Below are positions 53,161 through 64,000 of a DNA stretch of 64,000 nt, piece by piece. This DNA comes from Octopus bimaculoides (Eukaryota), in contig NC_068983.1 in the NCBI RefSeq assembly GCF_001194135.2, positions 77,159,799 through 77,223,798 of the forward strand, in the 5' to 3' direction. A program made the position numbers and the translations under genes. Below the pieces are notes generated by a model that saw only the letters and a program-made list of their open reading frames with translations, had not been told where the DNA came from and did no database searches. How positions within the stretch are numbered: the stretch's first letter is position 1; every line of letters starts with the position of its first letter.

Positions 53161-53210
53161 TAATTCCTTCGAGGTCGACTTTGTCTTTCATCATTTCGTG
53201 GTCGATAAAT
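53161..53210 (+). mobile_element. Family A SINE central-domain fragment
   Basis: gaggtcgactttgtctttcatcatttcgtggtcgataaat. Confidence 0.7.
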
Positions 53211-53844
53211 TTTGTGGCAGTTGCAAGAGACAATGCAATATCTCTCGCAGACATCATTTGGGAGCTCAGAAGCTAAAATTATGAATTACAGCACTATTTG
53301 GTTGGTACTGAGAAATGCAAAACCGTATGCTGCTCAGAGGTTACATACATAAGTATGTAACCTTTAAGTAGAAGAAAACTCGAAATAATATTATGTAAGG
53401 ATAGAATAATACACAGACACTCCGAGGTAAACTGCGTGTGTAGACATATATTATATGTATGTGTAACAAGATAGGGAATGTATGGTAGTAACCTAACGAT
53501 ATAAAACGAGAATTGCCAACAGTTTATATGCATCTATACATATATGTGCATATACATGAATGGGTACCTATATAGTCCAGAGATGAGATCCGAAGATTTT
53601 CAGTATAGAAGACAGTATCGCTCAAATAATTCAGACTTAGACTCCAAGGTTTTTACAACGGATCAATTCCACAGGGGAAGGGCAGGCTATAAGAGGGATC
53701 AAGTTGAGCAGATTTAGAGGCAAATATACGGATAAACAAACTTGATATATTAAATATAACAGTTTTGATATAAAATATAAAGTATATGCATGTGTAATCA
53801 AGCAAAATATGAGTTAGCAAAAATTGACTTTCAGACCATTATCC

Positions 53845-54105
53845 GTCAGCTTTTGCCGAACGAGCTGCACATGTGACTTATTCATAGTGATGAGCAAGTG
53901 TTCGTGCTGCACATTAGCTCACACACTTCCACTCCATCAGATCGACGTTGTCTGTTCAAGTGCACTGTGTAATACGTGTCAGTTGTCGAAGTGAATGCAG
54001 AGCAACGAGAATGAAGTGTTTTGAGGAAAAACGCAGGGCACCACCCGGTCTAGAAACTGAAATCAGGATGTAGAGATTGTCAGGTGCAACACCTAAACTA
54101 TAGGC
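53845..54105 (-). mobile_element. Decayed CORE-type tRNA SINE (family E)
   Basis: gagcaacgagaatgaagtgttttg is the reverse complement of a CORE-like domain; tRNA-like head remnant at ~54040-54105. Confidence 0.55.
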
Positions 54106-54169
54106 TATGTATAATGAATACATATCAAAAACACTCACCTGGTGACTTGTCGCTACACAGCTGCTCCTG

Positions 54170-54802
54170 AATCCTGAATAGCATATATCTAACGTTATTT
54201 TTTTGTCCACGTTTCCCACATAACCTTCGGCCAATATCCCTTAAATCTTTAGCTGTCATAGTCTTGGAGGTTTCACAATCCTATTGGTGCTTCCTTGGTG
54301 AAAGGTCCTTCAAGAGTCGTCTACCTGTGTCGACATGATGACCTAACGTCTTCGCAATGACATGAAGAGAGGTGCCTTTATCACTTTCTTTGATGATGAC
54401 AGACTTTTCGTCATCGTTAAGACCTTTTCTATGTCCCATTGTGCTTAGAAAGGAGAGACGCTATTAGCGTGGTTCACCCCAAAACTTAAGAATCTGAAAT
54501 AACAAAAAAGGGAAGGACGTTACACAGAATAACGAAAATATAACAATGGTGTTGCCATAATGCAAACCAGTTGGGAAAATATTTCTCAAATTCGATTCGC
54601 AGAAAACCGAGAAATCCTAACGTTCACCCCCAAGCTGTCAGCGTGGTTCTGTGTGTATATGCGATTTTAGTTAAAACATCATCATTTTACAACTTTAAAA
54701 AAATCAAATGTAACCTAGACATATTTTTAAAGCATAATGCAGCAGTGACCATGTTGTCGAAAGTTTCTTAATTATGCAAGACTCATTGGCTTGTGAATAC
54801 TG
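54170..54802 (-). mobile_element. Tc1-like element 5' part (TIR + N-terminal HTH)
   Basis: End reads CAGTATTCACAA on minus. ATG at 54439: MGHRKGLNDDEKSVIIKESDKGTSLHVIAKTLGHHVDTGRRLLKDLSPRK. Confidence 0.75.
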
Positions 54803-55499
54803 ATGTATATGTAATATTTGCACAATGTCGAACATGGTTTCCTATTGTTAATCCACTATATTCACTTAAAAATTACTCGTCGGTGACACAAACTTGATAT
54901 AGAAAAATACTAAGCATGTGCATATTAAAGTATTTTTCGTTTCTAAAGATACGGAAAATAGTAGAAAAAAAATCAAAATTGTATTCCTGATAAACCACCA
55001 CAGCTGTTGAGAGATTATATGGATATATTATTCTTGAACTTTGTGAAATTCATAATTCAATTTTAAAGTGTGTTAATACGCCTGCCTAAGATATATGAAA
55101 CTGCTACTACATCACCATTTCTATTGCAATAGATTTTAGATGTAATGTATCATATCGTATGCCTTAGTGAAAATTATATATTTTTAGACGTTGAATTCTA
55201 CCTCATTTATTTAACATGAATGCGATTTTTTGGCGACCGTTGATACTTTCAAGTTTAGTGAAAGAATTTCACCGGTGATATTGAAGACACTAATTGTTCA
55301 AGTCATTATATCTATATGATTATGTATGAGACTGTGTGTGTGCGTGTGTGTGTGTGTGTGCATGTGTGCGTGCATGTGTGCGTGCATGTGTGTATGTGAA
55401 TGTGTTTGAGTGTTGTGTGTGTGTGTGTGAATTTATAAAGTATGAAGATGGAATGAACAACAGATTAGACGGAGAAGAAAAAACGCCCAACATCAGGCT

Positions 55500-55761
55500 T
55501 CAACAATTAATGCGAAGAACCTACTTAAGTATTCTAGCTGTTACTAATAAAGCTGTTTCCTGGACCTGCACTAAAATAGGTATTATGCCTATCTCCTTTC
55601 TCCATCTATTCAAAATCTTTACGAATAGTTCTATATTCACTTCATCTCTCTATACTTCAAATATTGAGTTTGTTATCATTTGGGAATAAAGTCATTTAAC
55701 TGACACTTTCTATTCTCTTCGTCGCCTCCCCCTCCTCCTCCTCCTCCTCCTCCTCCTCCTC

Positions 55762-55809
<48 letters not shown>

Positions 55810-56400
55810 AATCAGGCATGTTAGCTTCTATTCCTCTGCCGGCCTCAATGACAAAATCCTATATCTTTCCTAGGTTCATGTTCATACCACTTATCAGCAT
55901 AGTCAAATTCAAACATTCTACCAGACATCTAGTGGATTTTTCTCTCTAGGTTGTCATGTCTTTTCTTCTATTCGTTCTGTGCCAGCATACTATATTCACT
56001 TAATATATGAGTAACACTCTCCTACTTTGATTTACATAACCTGTATTGTGAATCTTTGTGATGTTTGTTTATCTTGGCTTTTACCTAATTAGTCTTCAAT
56101 GCTTGATTTTGTGCCATTGCTAGTTTAGTTTCTGTTACCCTCTTCACCTTTAATATCTGCAACTATAATCATGTCTCACTATTACTAATTTCTAACGATT
56201 TCTTTGGAAATCTACCAAGCAAATCCTTTTTTGCCATTCAGGTAATCTTGCTTCTTTTTTTTTCTGCTTTTATTCTGATTTGGTTTTTAGTTTCACTATC
56301 ACTAACTGCTACTCTTGCAGCTCTTAATACCATTTCCTCACTATTACCTACTTAGGAAGCTGTACCTACCCTAACTAACTTAACTCTTATTTCTACTGCG
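55500..56400 (-). mobile_element. R4/Dong-like RLE LINE 3' fragment, same family as 30890-32170
   Basis: AQNQALKTN*VKAKI...YRLCKSK*ESVTHILSE...KRHDNL...KWYEHEP...EANMPDL(V15)(G13)DEENRKCQLNDFIP...VQETALLVTARILK*VLRI. Confidence 0.85.
55733..55807 (-). repeat. (GTA)15(GGA)10 in frame inside the LINE endonuclease motif
   Basis: Plus strand reads (TCC)10(TAC)15, then taaatcagg (= cct gat tta on minus). Confidence 0.95.
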
Positions 56401-56599
56401 TTTGACAATGGAATGCAAAAGCATGTGCATGTTGCCAGTAATCTCTTACGTCAGTACAAATCTGCTTTATCCTCAAAACTTGGTATTTCGGATTTGACTG
56501 AATTATATGATGTGGATGATCGGAGCGACCGTGGGGATAAATGTGGGATGGCGTGGGCGTGCACATCATACAATTCAGTCAAATCCAAATTCCCAATTT

Positions 56600-57300
56600 T
56601 TTAGCCTAAAGCGGATTTGTAAAGACATACGGGTTACACCCTTATGTCATATGCGGATGCTGTGAATCACGATTAAAGGAAATAGCAAATGACATAGCTA
56701 AGATTAGCAAGGAAAGTCAAACTTTCACGCACAATTTTAGCCAACAAAGTACAATATATGACAGAATTCATTTAGTGGTTAACTGGCACCGAAATTTCTC
56801 TGGCATATCAAAAGAGTTGCATAAAGGTTACCAGCATGATGCGGAAAATATCCTCGTTTCAAACAAATATTTCCTCAGACACCTATTGTAGCGTTTAGGC
56901 GGTATAGAAATATAAGAGAACTATTGACTTCTACTTCTGACTCCAAGAAAAGTAACACAGGAGTTTCTGCACGCTTTACCTTGAAAGACGACTGCAAGAG
57001 AGGCAAGCCCAGTCCGTTGTGCGGTAACATGAGTCAAGTGAATTCCATCAGGAATCATGACAGAAATGTAATGATTTACACGGAAGATGGGATGTGTTGA
57101 GATTCCCATTTGAGAATGAGCAGAAAGCACGACATAAAAGGTGATTTATGTTGGTTCTACAACAGAACAATTTAAACAACGGGCACATATATGACGTCAG
57201 GCACAATACAACTAGTTCGACAGAGCTTACCGAACATTTTGCTTCAAACGGCAGAAATTTTGAAAAAAAGACTTGAAAGTGCATATTCTCAGAAAATATT
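56600..57300 (+). mobile_element. Penelope-like element linker + GIY-YIG fragment
   Basis: IHLVVNWHRNFSGISKELHK; KQIFPQTPIVAFRRYRNIRELL; VIYVGSTTEQFKQR; STELTEH. Confidence 0.7.
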
Positions 57301-57749
57301 CTGAATCTGCTATACTTTTAGTCCTCAAAATGCATGAGAAGAAATATATTTGTGAGTTATTAACATCATGCTCCTCTGGCGGAATGAATAAAATGACAAG
57401 AGAATTTCATCATATTGACACAATACTATTTGATTAAATATTCCTTTCTTTTTCCCTATTCTTTTTTCTTTTGCTTTCGATTTTCTCTTTTTTCTTTCCT
57501 TTTCTGTTTGCCAGTTGTAAACTTAAAAAGTGAAGAGTGATGAGGTCATTCCGTCAATGTGCCAACGCTGGTTGCTCTCGTGCACAATTTTCGATTTGAA
57601 TTTCTATAATTTTGAATTTCTATGTATCACTCTCATTTTCAACTCGACAAAGATAGGCTAGCTATCAAAATTCGTTCAACCTCTAGAATATTTATTGCAA
57701 TCGCATTGCGCTCTTCGTATTGGCTCTTACAGTAATAATATTAATATTC

Positions 57750-57794
<45 letters not shown>

Positions 57795-57799
57795 GTAAT

Positions 57800-58105
57800 T
57801 ATTATTATTATATATTTTTTTTTTCATTGCCATCTTCTTTCAATTCTGTTTCCATTTTTTCTTCCGGAGTGTCTTCCTGACACCTAGGGCAGAGAAACGT
57901 TCTGTAAACATTGGTAGGCCATTAAATCAAGCACATCAGATTGTTCATTTACAGACCCATGTGACTGAGAAAAAGGGGAAGACAGAGAAAGAGGAAAAAA
58001 TAAAACAAATAGAAAAGTAAACAAATATAATAGCGGAGGAAAAAAGTTAAACAATGCTCTTCTCAATACATGTGACGTACCAGTTAAGACAATCTTTTGC
58101 ACTTA
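57800..58105 (-). mobile_element. R4/Dong-like LINE extreme 3' end and UTR with (AAT) tail
   Basis: QKIVLTGTSHVLRRAL is the typical RLE-LINE C-terminus, followed by a UTR and aataataat. Confidence 0.75.
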
Positions 58106-58199
58106 ATGCATGGATGGTAGGCAAGGCGAACCGAACATGTCACACTCACTGAAATAGGAAAAGCTCTGAAGGACATTATGGAAGATGTGGCCCACATCC

Positions 58200-59690
58200 A
58201 AAGAGTTTGCAAGCATCGAGGCGCTCCTTAAAAGTGCGAAATACGTGCGAATACATTCGGTGACAATGTGTTGGAGTAAGGAATGTGTCTAGTATCATAC
58301 CTCTCAAGAAGAACTACTCTCAATAAGAACTACTAGACTAAAAGTATCAGGTGTTCCACTTTGTGTGAACAACTGGTGGATCCTGGGCTGCGAGGTATTA
58401 GATGATCCAGAGACACTCCTAGAGGTGAAACGAAGCATCAAAGTGGACATTTCTGAGCAAAATGTAAAGGCCCTGCTTCATTATAAATCCCAGATCCATA
58501 GTAAAATACTCAACGACGTCGAACTACTTGATGTCATAGAAGGCGAAGAAGAAGCTTAACATCATTTGCAAACACAGGAAATGCCACCACAGCAAATACG
58601 AACGCATCGAAAACAACGCCAAATCTACCAGCAACACAAACTTCAGCACAACCACGGCTACCTCAGCGACAAATCTAATACTCTTACAATCACATCGCAT
58701 ACTAAAAAGGCTCATAAAACTAAACTCACAGACCCAATCACCAAACTTTGTACTTGTGAGGAGAGTCAACAATGAAATGATGACTATCATTGCACGAAAT
58801 AAAGATATAGAGAAAGAGGTTGCGAATTATGACAACACCACTTTTAAAATACCATATGACTTAATATTGGTGCGAATGCCACGTAGCCTATACAAGAACA
58901 ATAGAGAAGTTTTGCTTCACTATATAAGGACTTCCGAATGTAAACGTCACCAGCATTTTTAAGGGTTTCCAAAGGAACGGCAACCAAACACGGCGGTCGG
59001 TCTACTAACCAACCGACAGCACAAGAAGGATAAGTAACCCCCTCTTCGCCTTTCTCATAACTTTCTCCGGCCAGGATGGCAAATATTAGAGTAGGTTGCA
59101 TAAATATACGTGACCTGGGGTAATCCAGGAAGCAAAGTCGCTTGATCAATGATCTCTGATTGCTAGGTTTGGATGTGATTGCCGCTAGTGATACGAATTT
59201 TCTGACACGTGCACACTAGCTCAAAGTTTAGATGATTTTGCGATCTATACATCTCTTCGTCGTCCTGGAAAGGAAGGAAGGAAGAAAGTACTAGATAGAA
59301 AAGCTCTGGATATCAAGGAATGGACAAATTTCCAAGGACCCAGATGGTAAGTTAGCGGTCCTAGATATGAGCAATAGCAAACGTTGTGCTTTTAGAATAA
59401 TCACTGTGTACTGTGTTGAGGTATTCGGATTTTTTGAAACGTTTGAAGGTTTTACTTGGGATGTCTATTTAGTGCTAGTGGGTGATTAGAACGCCAGCCT
59501 GGATGTACTTCTGAATAAGGTAGGGATAGCAGATAGGAGAGTGGGTGTAAAATCCTCCCAAACCTGTTCAGTCGCTTCCACTTGGCTGACGGATACCGGA
59601 TGGATTTCCCGAATGGGCCATTGTCTACCTGAGCGAACAATATTGGGCACCACGCAGTGGGAGTGCACTCGTAACCATATGGTCGGGAAG
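58200..59690 (+). mobile_element. Tx1/L1-clade LINE 5' part: decayed ORF1 + ORF2 APE endonuclease
   Basis: ORF2 ATG at 59076: MANIRVGCINIRDL...LDVIAASDTNF...DPDGKLAVLD...FRIITVY...LVLVGD*NA...ADGYRMDFPN...T*ANNIG. Upstream TRLKVSGVPL is ORF1-like. Confidence 0.8.
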
Positions 59691-59714
59691 CAAACTTCTT
59701 GCCACTCAGCTGCA

Positions 59715-59835
59715 CCCGCTCCTTGGGCAAGTGACTCCACCTATAGCTTCGAGTCGACCAAAGCATTGTGCGTGTATGTGCGTTTGGTAGACAGTAACTG
59801 AAAGAGACTTGTCGTATATATGTATATATATATAC

Positions 59836-59876
<41 letters not shown>
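59715..59876 (+). mobile_element. Family D CORE-type SINE, middle part running into (TA)n and a gap
   Basis: ccttgggcaagtg...cgaccaaagc...tttggtagacagtaactgaaaga...gtcgtatatatg. Confidence 0.75.
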
Positions 59877-60456
59877 NNNNNNNNNNNNNNNNNNNNNNNN
59901 NNNNNNNNNNNNNNNNNNNNNNNNNNNNNNNNNNNNNNNNNNNNNNNNNNNNNNNNNNNNNNNNNNNNNNNNNNNNNNNNNNNNNNNNNNNNNNNNNNNN
60001 NNNNNNNNNNNNNNNNNNNNNNNNNNNNNNNNNNNNNNNNNNNNNNNNNNNNNNNNNNNNNNNNNNNNNNNNNNNNNNNNNNNNNNNNNNNNNNNNNNNN
60101 NNNNNNNNNNNNNNNNNNNNNNNNNNNNNNNNNNNNNNNNNNNNNNNNNNNNNNNNNNNNNNNNNNNNNNNNNNNNNNNNNNNNNNNNNNNNNNNNNNNN
60201 NNNNNNNNNNNNNNNNNNNNNNNNNNNNNNNNNNNNNNNNNNNNNNNNNNNNNNNNNNNNNNNNNNNNNNNNNNNNNNNNNNNNNNNNNNNNNNNNNNNN
60301 NNNNNNNNNNNNNNNNNNNNNNNNNNNNNNNNNNNNNNNNNNNNNNNNNNNNNNNNNNNNNNNNNNNNNNNNNNNNNNNNNNNNNNNNNNNNNNNNAGGC
60401 TGTCACAATTTTGCTAGATCAGGGCCTTATATATCGAAGAGTAGTTAGTTCATCAG

Positions 60457-60540
60457 AGAAATAAGTAGAATTTGACAGAAATAAGTAGAATTTGACAGAA
60501 ATAAGTAGAATTTGACAGAAATAAGTAGAATTTGACAGAA
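60457..60540. repeat. Perfect 20-bp tandem repeat x4.2
   Basis: agaaataagtagaatttgac. Confidence 0.95.
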
Positions 60541-60739
60541 GTTCCTATTTCTGTACCAACAGCTAATCAAGTTATTCTCTCTTCCGATTTCATTTCAAAA
60601 TGATCAGATGATATAGATGTGGGTGACATTTTATTATTTTTTTTTTTCGTTTTGTATTTGTGTTAGTTTACTTCAGAAAAGACATAGTGCTACTTTTGGG
60701 ACTTTATGTTTAAAAAGAAAAAACGATATATCATCTTTT

Positions 60740-61420
60740 CTTTTCTCGCTCCAGTGATGACTTTTTCTTTCAGCTGTTGTTCTAGCTGCTGTGTCAACCA
60801 GCTGCTGTGATTGTTTGGGAAAGTTGGAGTAAATGTTCTTCATTCTCAATTGAGAAATAATTCATTTTTTCTAAGGGTTACAAGATTTGCACTGCCAACA
60901 TGGTCCATAACACAATACTTAATGGAAACTCGCCATACAAATCAATTAGGTCTGTATTGTTTTTCCTTAACTATGGATGTAGGCCGTTGAAAAACACCAA
61001 TATCAGCTGTATCTAATATCTACAGGAAGTATGTTTTGTTCTGATAACTTCTCCATGGTTCCACCAAGATCAGATGTGACATATTTATATTGATTTCTGC
61101 TTGCTGATATTATAGTGCATGAAACATTGGCCATATATATTATAATTGCCTATTGTTTCCTTTCATGCCGGCAACAAAGAACAATTTGTATTATTTCAGC
61201 ATCAGAAAGTTCAAATATTTTGCGCATTTCAGATTTTGTATTAAGGAAGTTTTTATGTTTCTTTTTATAGGTTCTCATCAACATCTCGAGTATTCTGAAG
61301 TACTATTTAAGCTGGATCTTTGACTCTTGCATACGTCAACAGTTTCGAGTTCCTCGCTGAAAAGAAATCGTCTTTGACCTGCCTTGTTTTGAATATTTAG
61401 GGGCATTTTTGCCCCACACC
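60740..61420 (-). mobile_element. Possible pogo/Tigger-like (DDE_1) transposase remnant
   Basis: DLGGTMEK...NILPVDI..D.IGVFQRPTSIVKEK resembles PxRIYNxDETG..VQRP.KI; many stops. Confidence 0.4.
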
Positions 61421-61599
61421 TAAAAGTAACGCTTTATATTACTATTTAGAGTTTCACTTGTAGTTTATTATAATTTTCGTTATTGTTTCTGTACTTTCAA
61501 ATCCCTATGTCATCTTAGGCTCTTTATATTTGTTAGCTTACCTGAAGGCAAAGAATATGTTTTGTGATGCTTTTTTTCGAGTTGATTCATAATTGTAGT

Positions 61600-63150
61600 G
61601 TTTTCGTATCATTCTTCACAATGTATTGTTTGTACTCTTGTAGTAAATATTCAAAAATAATGTTCTATTTATCAAAAGTTATGCCTGCTTGTATTCATTA
61701 TAAATGAAATATTCCTGTGTCAACATTAGTGCGGACGTGTATTATTAAATGAAGCCATTATTCGCCTTAGTCTTCTGTCTAGTCATATAAATTTACTGTG
61801 TTGTCTGCTGAGAATAGCTAAGTAGTGCCTTCAGCAGGAACAGCTAAACTATTGTAACTTAATAGTTCATTTCTGGAGCGGAGGCATATTTTTTGTGTAT
61901 TAAATATATTTCTTATGCAGCTGTAATATTCATTTCTACCTTGTAGTATCGTCTGTATTTTCTGCTATATGATGAGGTTATCAGTTTCTAAAACTTTGCA
62001 ATTCTCAACTAGCTCCAATTTCTTTAACTACACTTCTGTATTTAATAGAATGGTAGGGATTTTGCTTTACTTCTGCACAACACTTTCTTGATACATTTGT
62101 AGAATACAAATCTTTACTTTATATTAATATATTGAAAGTATATATCACAATATCCAATTAATTGTTGTCCGTCTCCTACTACACGATATCATATTGGTGC
62201 AAAATGGTTGATTGTCTTCCGCTTGCATTTTTTTATCAGTGTCCATTCTGTTATATAACTTTCGCCAAAGGTGTCAACGTGAGGCAGATGAATCATTACG
62301 ACACACGATCCACCTTGATTAAACAATCTTTTCATATGTTTAATTCCTTCATTTTGTTTCATAAATGAGGGAGTTATAAACAACGTTGCCATATGTTCAT
62401 GTTTCGTTTAATGTGTCTACTTTGTTTCGATGCTATATTACACGTTGCACAATTAAGCAAATTGTCAAACGGCAAATTTTAATGAATTCACTTCACAATG
62501 AATCTCACTTTCTCGTAAAATTAACAGGTGTAGTTTTGTTTATTAGTTACTGCTAATAACAATTATTTGCTTCTTCACATCAATCCCCCCAATTATTTTG
62601 TAAGTGAAGTATTGGTTTCAGGACTGCATTTTTAGTCAATTGCTTCTATGATATTTAGAATTGAGATGACGCTATTCAAAGTCTGACGCTGAAATAAATT
62701 ATTCCATAATTTTGTAAGTATATAGTATGCACCTGTTACATATATCTCTCTGGAATTTCATCACATATTTCGTGCTTTCTAGCTGTTTGCAAACGGACAA
62801 ATCACTGCAACACTTATGCTGAACATTTTCATTTGTAGAAATTGATTTGATGTCCACTCAGTCATACGTCAGTCACTTGTTTCCGACACGACTTTGATTT
62901 ATATATTGTTTTTAAGTGCTTCTTTGTAGGCATGTTTTGATTTTGTGACGAACCGTTTGTTCTGTTCAAAGAATCGCTGTCGGTTTCTGTATTGGCTGAA
63001 TTTTCGATTTTTGCTTGTGCTCTTGTTTCAAATATTTAAAATATTATTCGTATAAATTATTCGGATAATTCGTATATTTTTCGTCGAGACATATTTCTGT
63101 ATTTAATTCTGTGTTTCGTATTACTTTGTTGCTTCTGTGTTGTTGTATAA
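61600..63150 (-). mobile_element. Old R4/Dong-like LINE RT remnant
   Basis: VNFTRK*DSL (IDYKKAYDSV-like), KRLFNQGGS (RGIFQGDS-like), FICLTLTPLA, INHF, NSLAVP and HP..NVD fragments occur in the expected order. Confidence 0.55.
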
Positions 63151-63869
63151 TTCATTTACAGTGGAGATTTTATATTGCTTTTCTATCAATTTGACCCTTT
63201 GCATTGGATCTTTGTTTACTGCAATTTTGTGTGATTACATATTCCCTTATGACCAATTGTGAGGAGCTATTTATTGCATTTATTATTAGGGCTGCTTTTT
63301 TTTTTATAGATAATCATATAGACTATTTGCTGCCAATATGTTTTCTACAGTTTTCTGTCAATCTATACAAGTTGACTTTAAATATTAAACTTTGTCGCTA
63401 CTGGTTCATTGGGACTTTAAATTATCTAACATGTTCATCCGTTGGAAGAACTGCTATGGAGTTCTACATTTATCACGTACTCTTTATTATCCAGTTGAAG
63501 ATTACTACCTTTATATTTTTTTTTTACTTATTTTGTACTCTTTTTGTTTTCCTTCTTTATGCAAAGTTATATATATATATATTATACATTTTTAATCTAC
63601 GTTGTCTGTATTTAACTCGCTTTTATTCGTTCTCATTTTCTCGTATACACTCTTCTAGAGTACTGTGTTTATCTTACAGCTAGTATTTGAATTTTGATAA
63701 TTAAGATAACATATATATTAACAAGGTTATTGCTGAAAATATATACCAATGGTGTCATTGTTTAAAGTAAGAAATTTGCCCTCATCGGAAAAAAAAAGCT
63801 CAAAATGCTTAGATTAACGATGCTAGTGCGTAGAGAAAAGCCTTAAGATAAACAAAAATTCTGAATCAT

Positions 63870-63903
63870 TATCAATCTATCTATCTGTCTGTCTGTTTGT
63901 ATT

Positions 63904-64000
<97 letters not shown>
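63870..64000. repeat. (TCTA)(TCTG)(TC)(TA) compound microsatellite
   Basis: Direct reading. Confidence 0.95.

Larger units (their letters stand above)
24602..60396. other. Ten assembly gaps: 24602-24931, 25724-26687, 28640-28750, 34163-34382, 38117-38239, 39590-39937, 40935-41454, 46651-47560, 50699-51264, 59877-60396
   Basis: N runs; each abuts (TA)n, (CA)n or (TG)n on at least one side. Confidence 0.98.

Noticed and set aside
24520-60464. Long ORFs containing X runs and YI/CV/HT repeats
   Set aside because: Artefacts of N gaps and dinucleotide microsatellites.
32193-60540. CRISPR-like appearance of the short arrays (32193, 35868, 60457)
   Set aside because: No unique spacers of proper length, no cas genes, eukaryotic context.

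Overview
AT-rich, repeat-saturated animal genomic DNA, most likely octopus. That assignment is my inference from recognising the SINE families and from the very dense (TA)n/(CA)n/trinucleotide microsatellites. Ten assembly gaps (N runs) sit mostly inside microsatellites. I find no recognisable intact cellular gene, true tRNA/rRNA gene or CRISPR array. Almost all ORFs in the track are microsatellite/N artefacts or pieces of dead transposons. Recognisable coding remnants are Penelope-like elements (4 fragments), RLE-type LINEs (one Hero-like, five R4/Dong-like), a Tx1/L1 5' part, a Gypsy pol fragment, a Helitron fragment, several Tc1/mariner elements and a possible pogo-like element. At least five SINE-type families are present. 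The most interesting signal is a tRNA-headed SINE whose 3' half contains a minimal type I hammerhead-ribozyme fold of the kind known from Penelope-like LTRs (13983-14028). A second copy has a deletion that starts at the predicted cleavage site, and two further hammerhead-like relics lie elsewhere. Second, two separate R4/Dong LINE copies both carry an in-frame (GTA)n expansion at the same codons of the endonuclease PD motif. All family assignments come from manual translation and motif recall, not database searches; TE boundaries are approximate.
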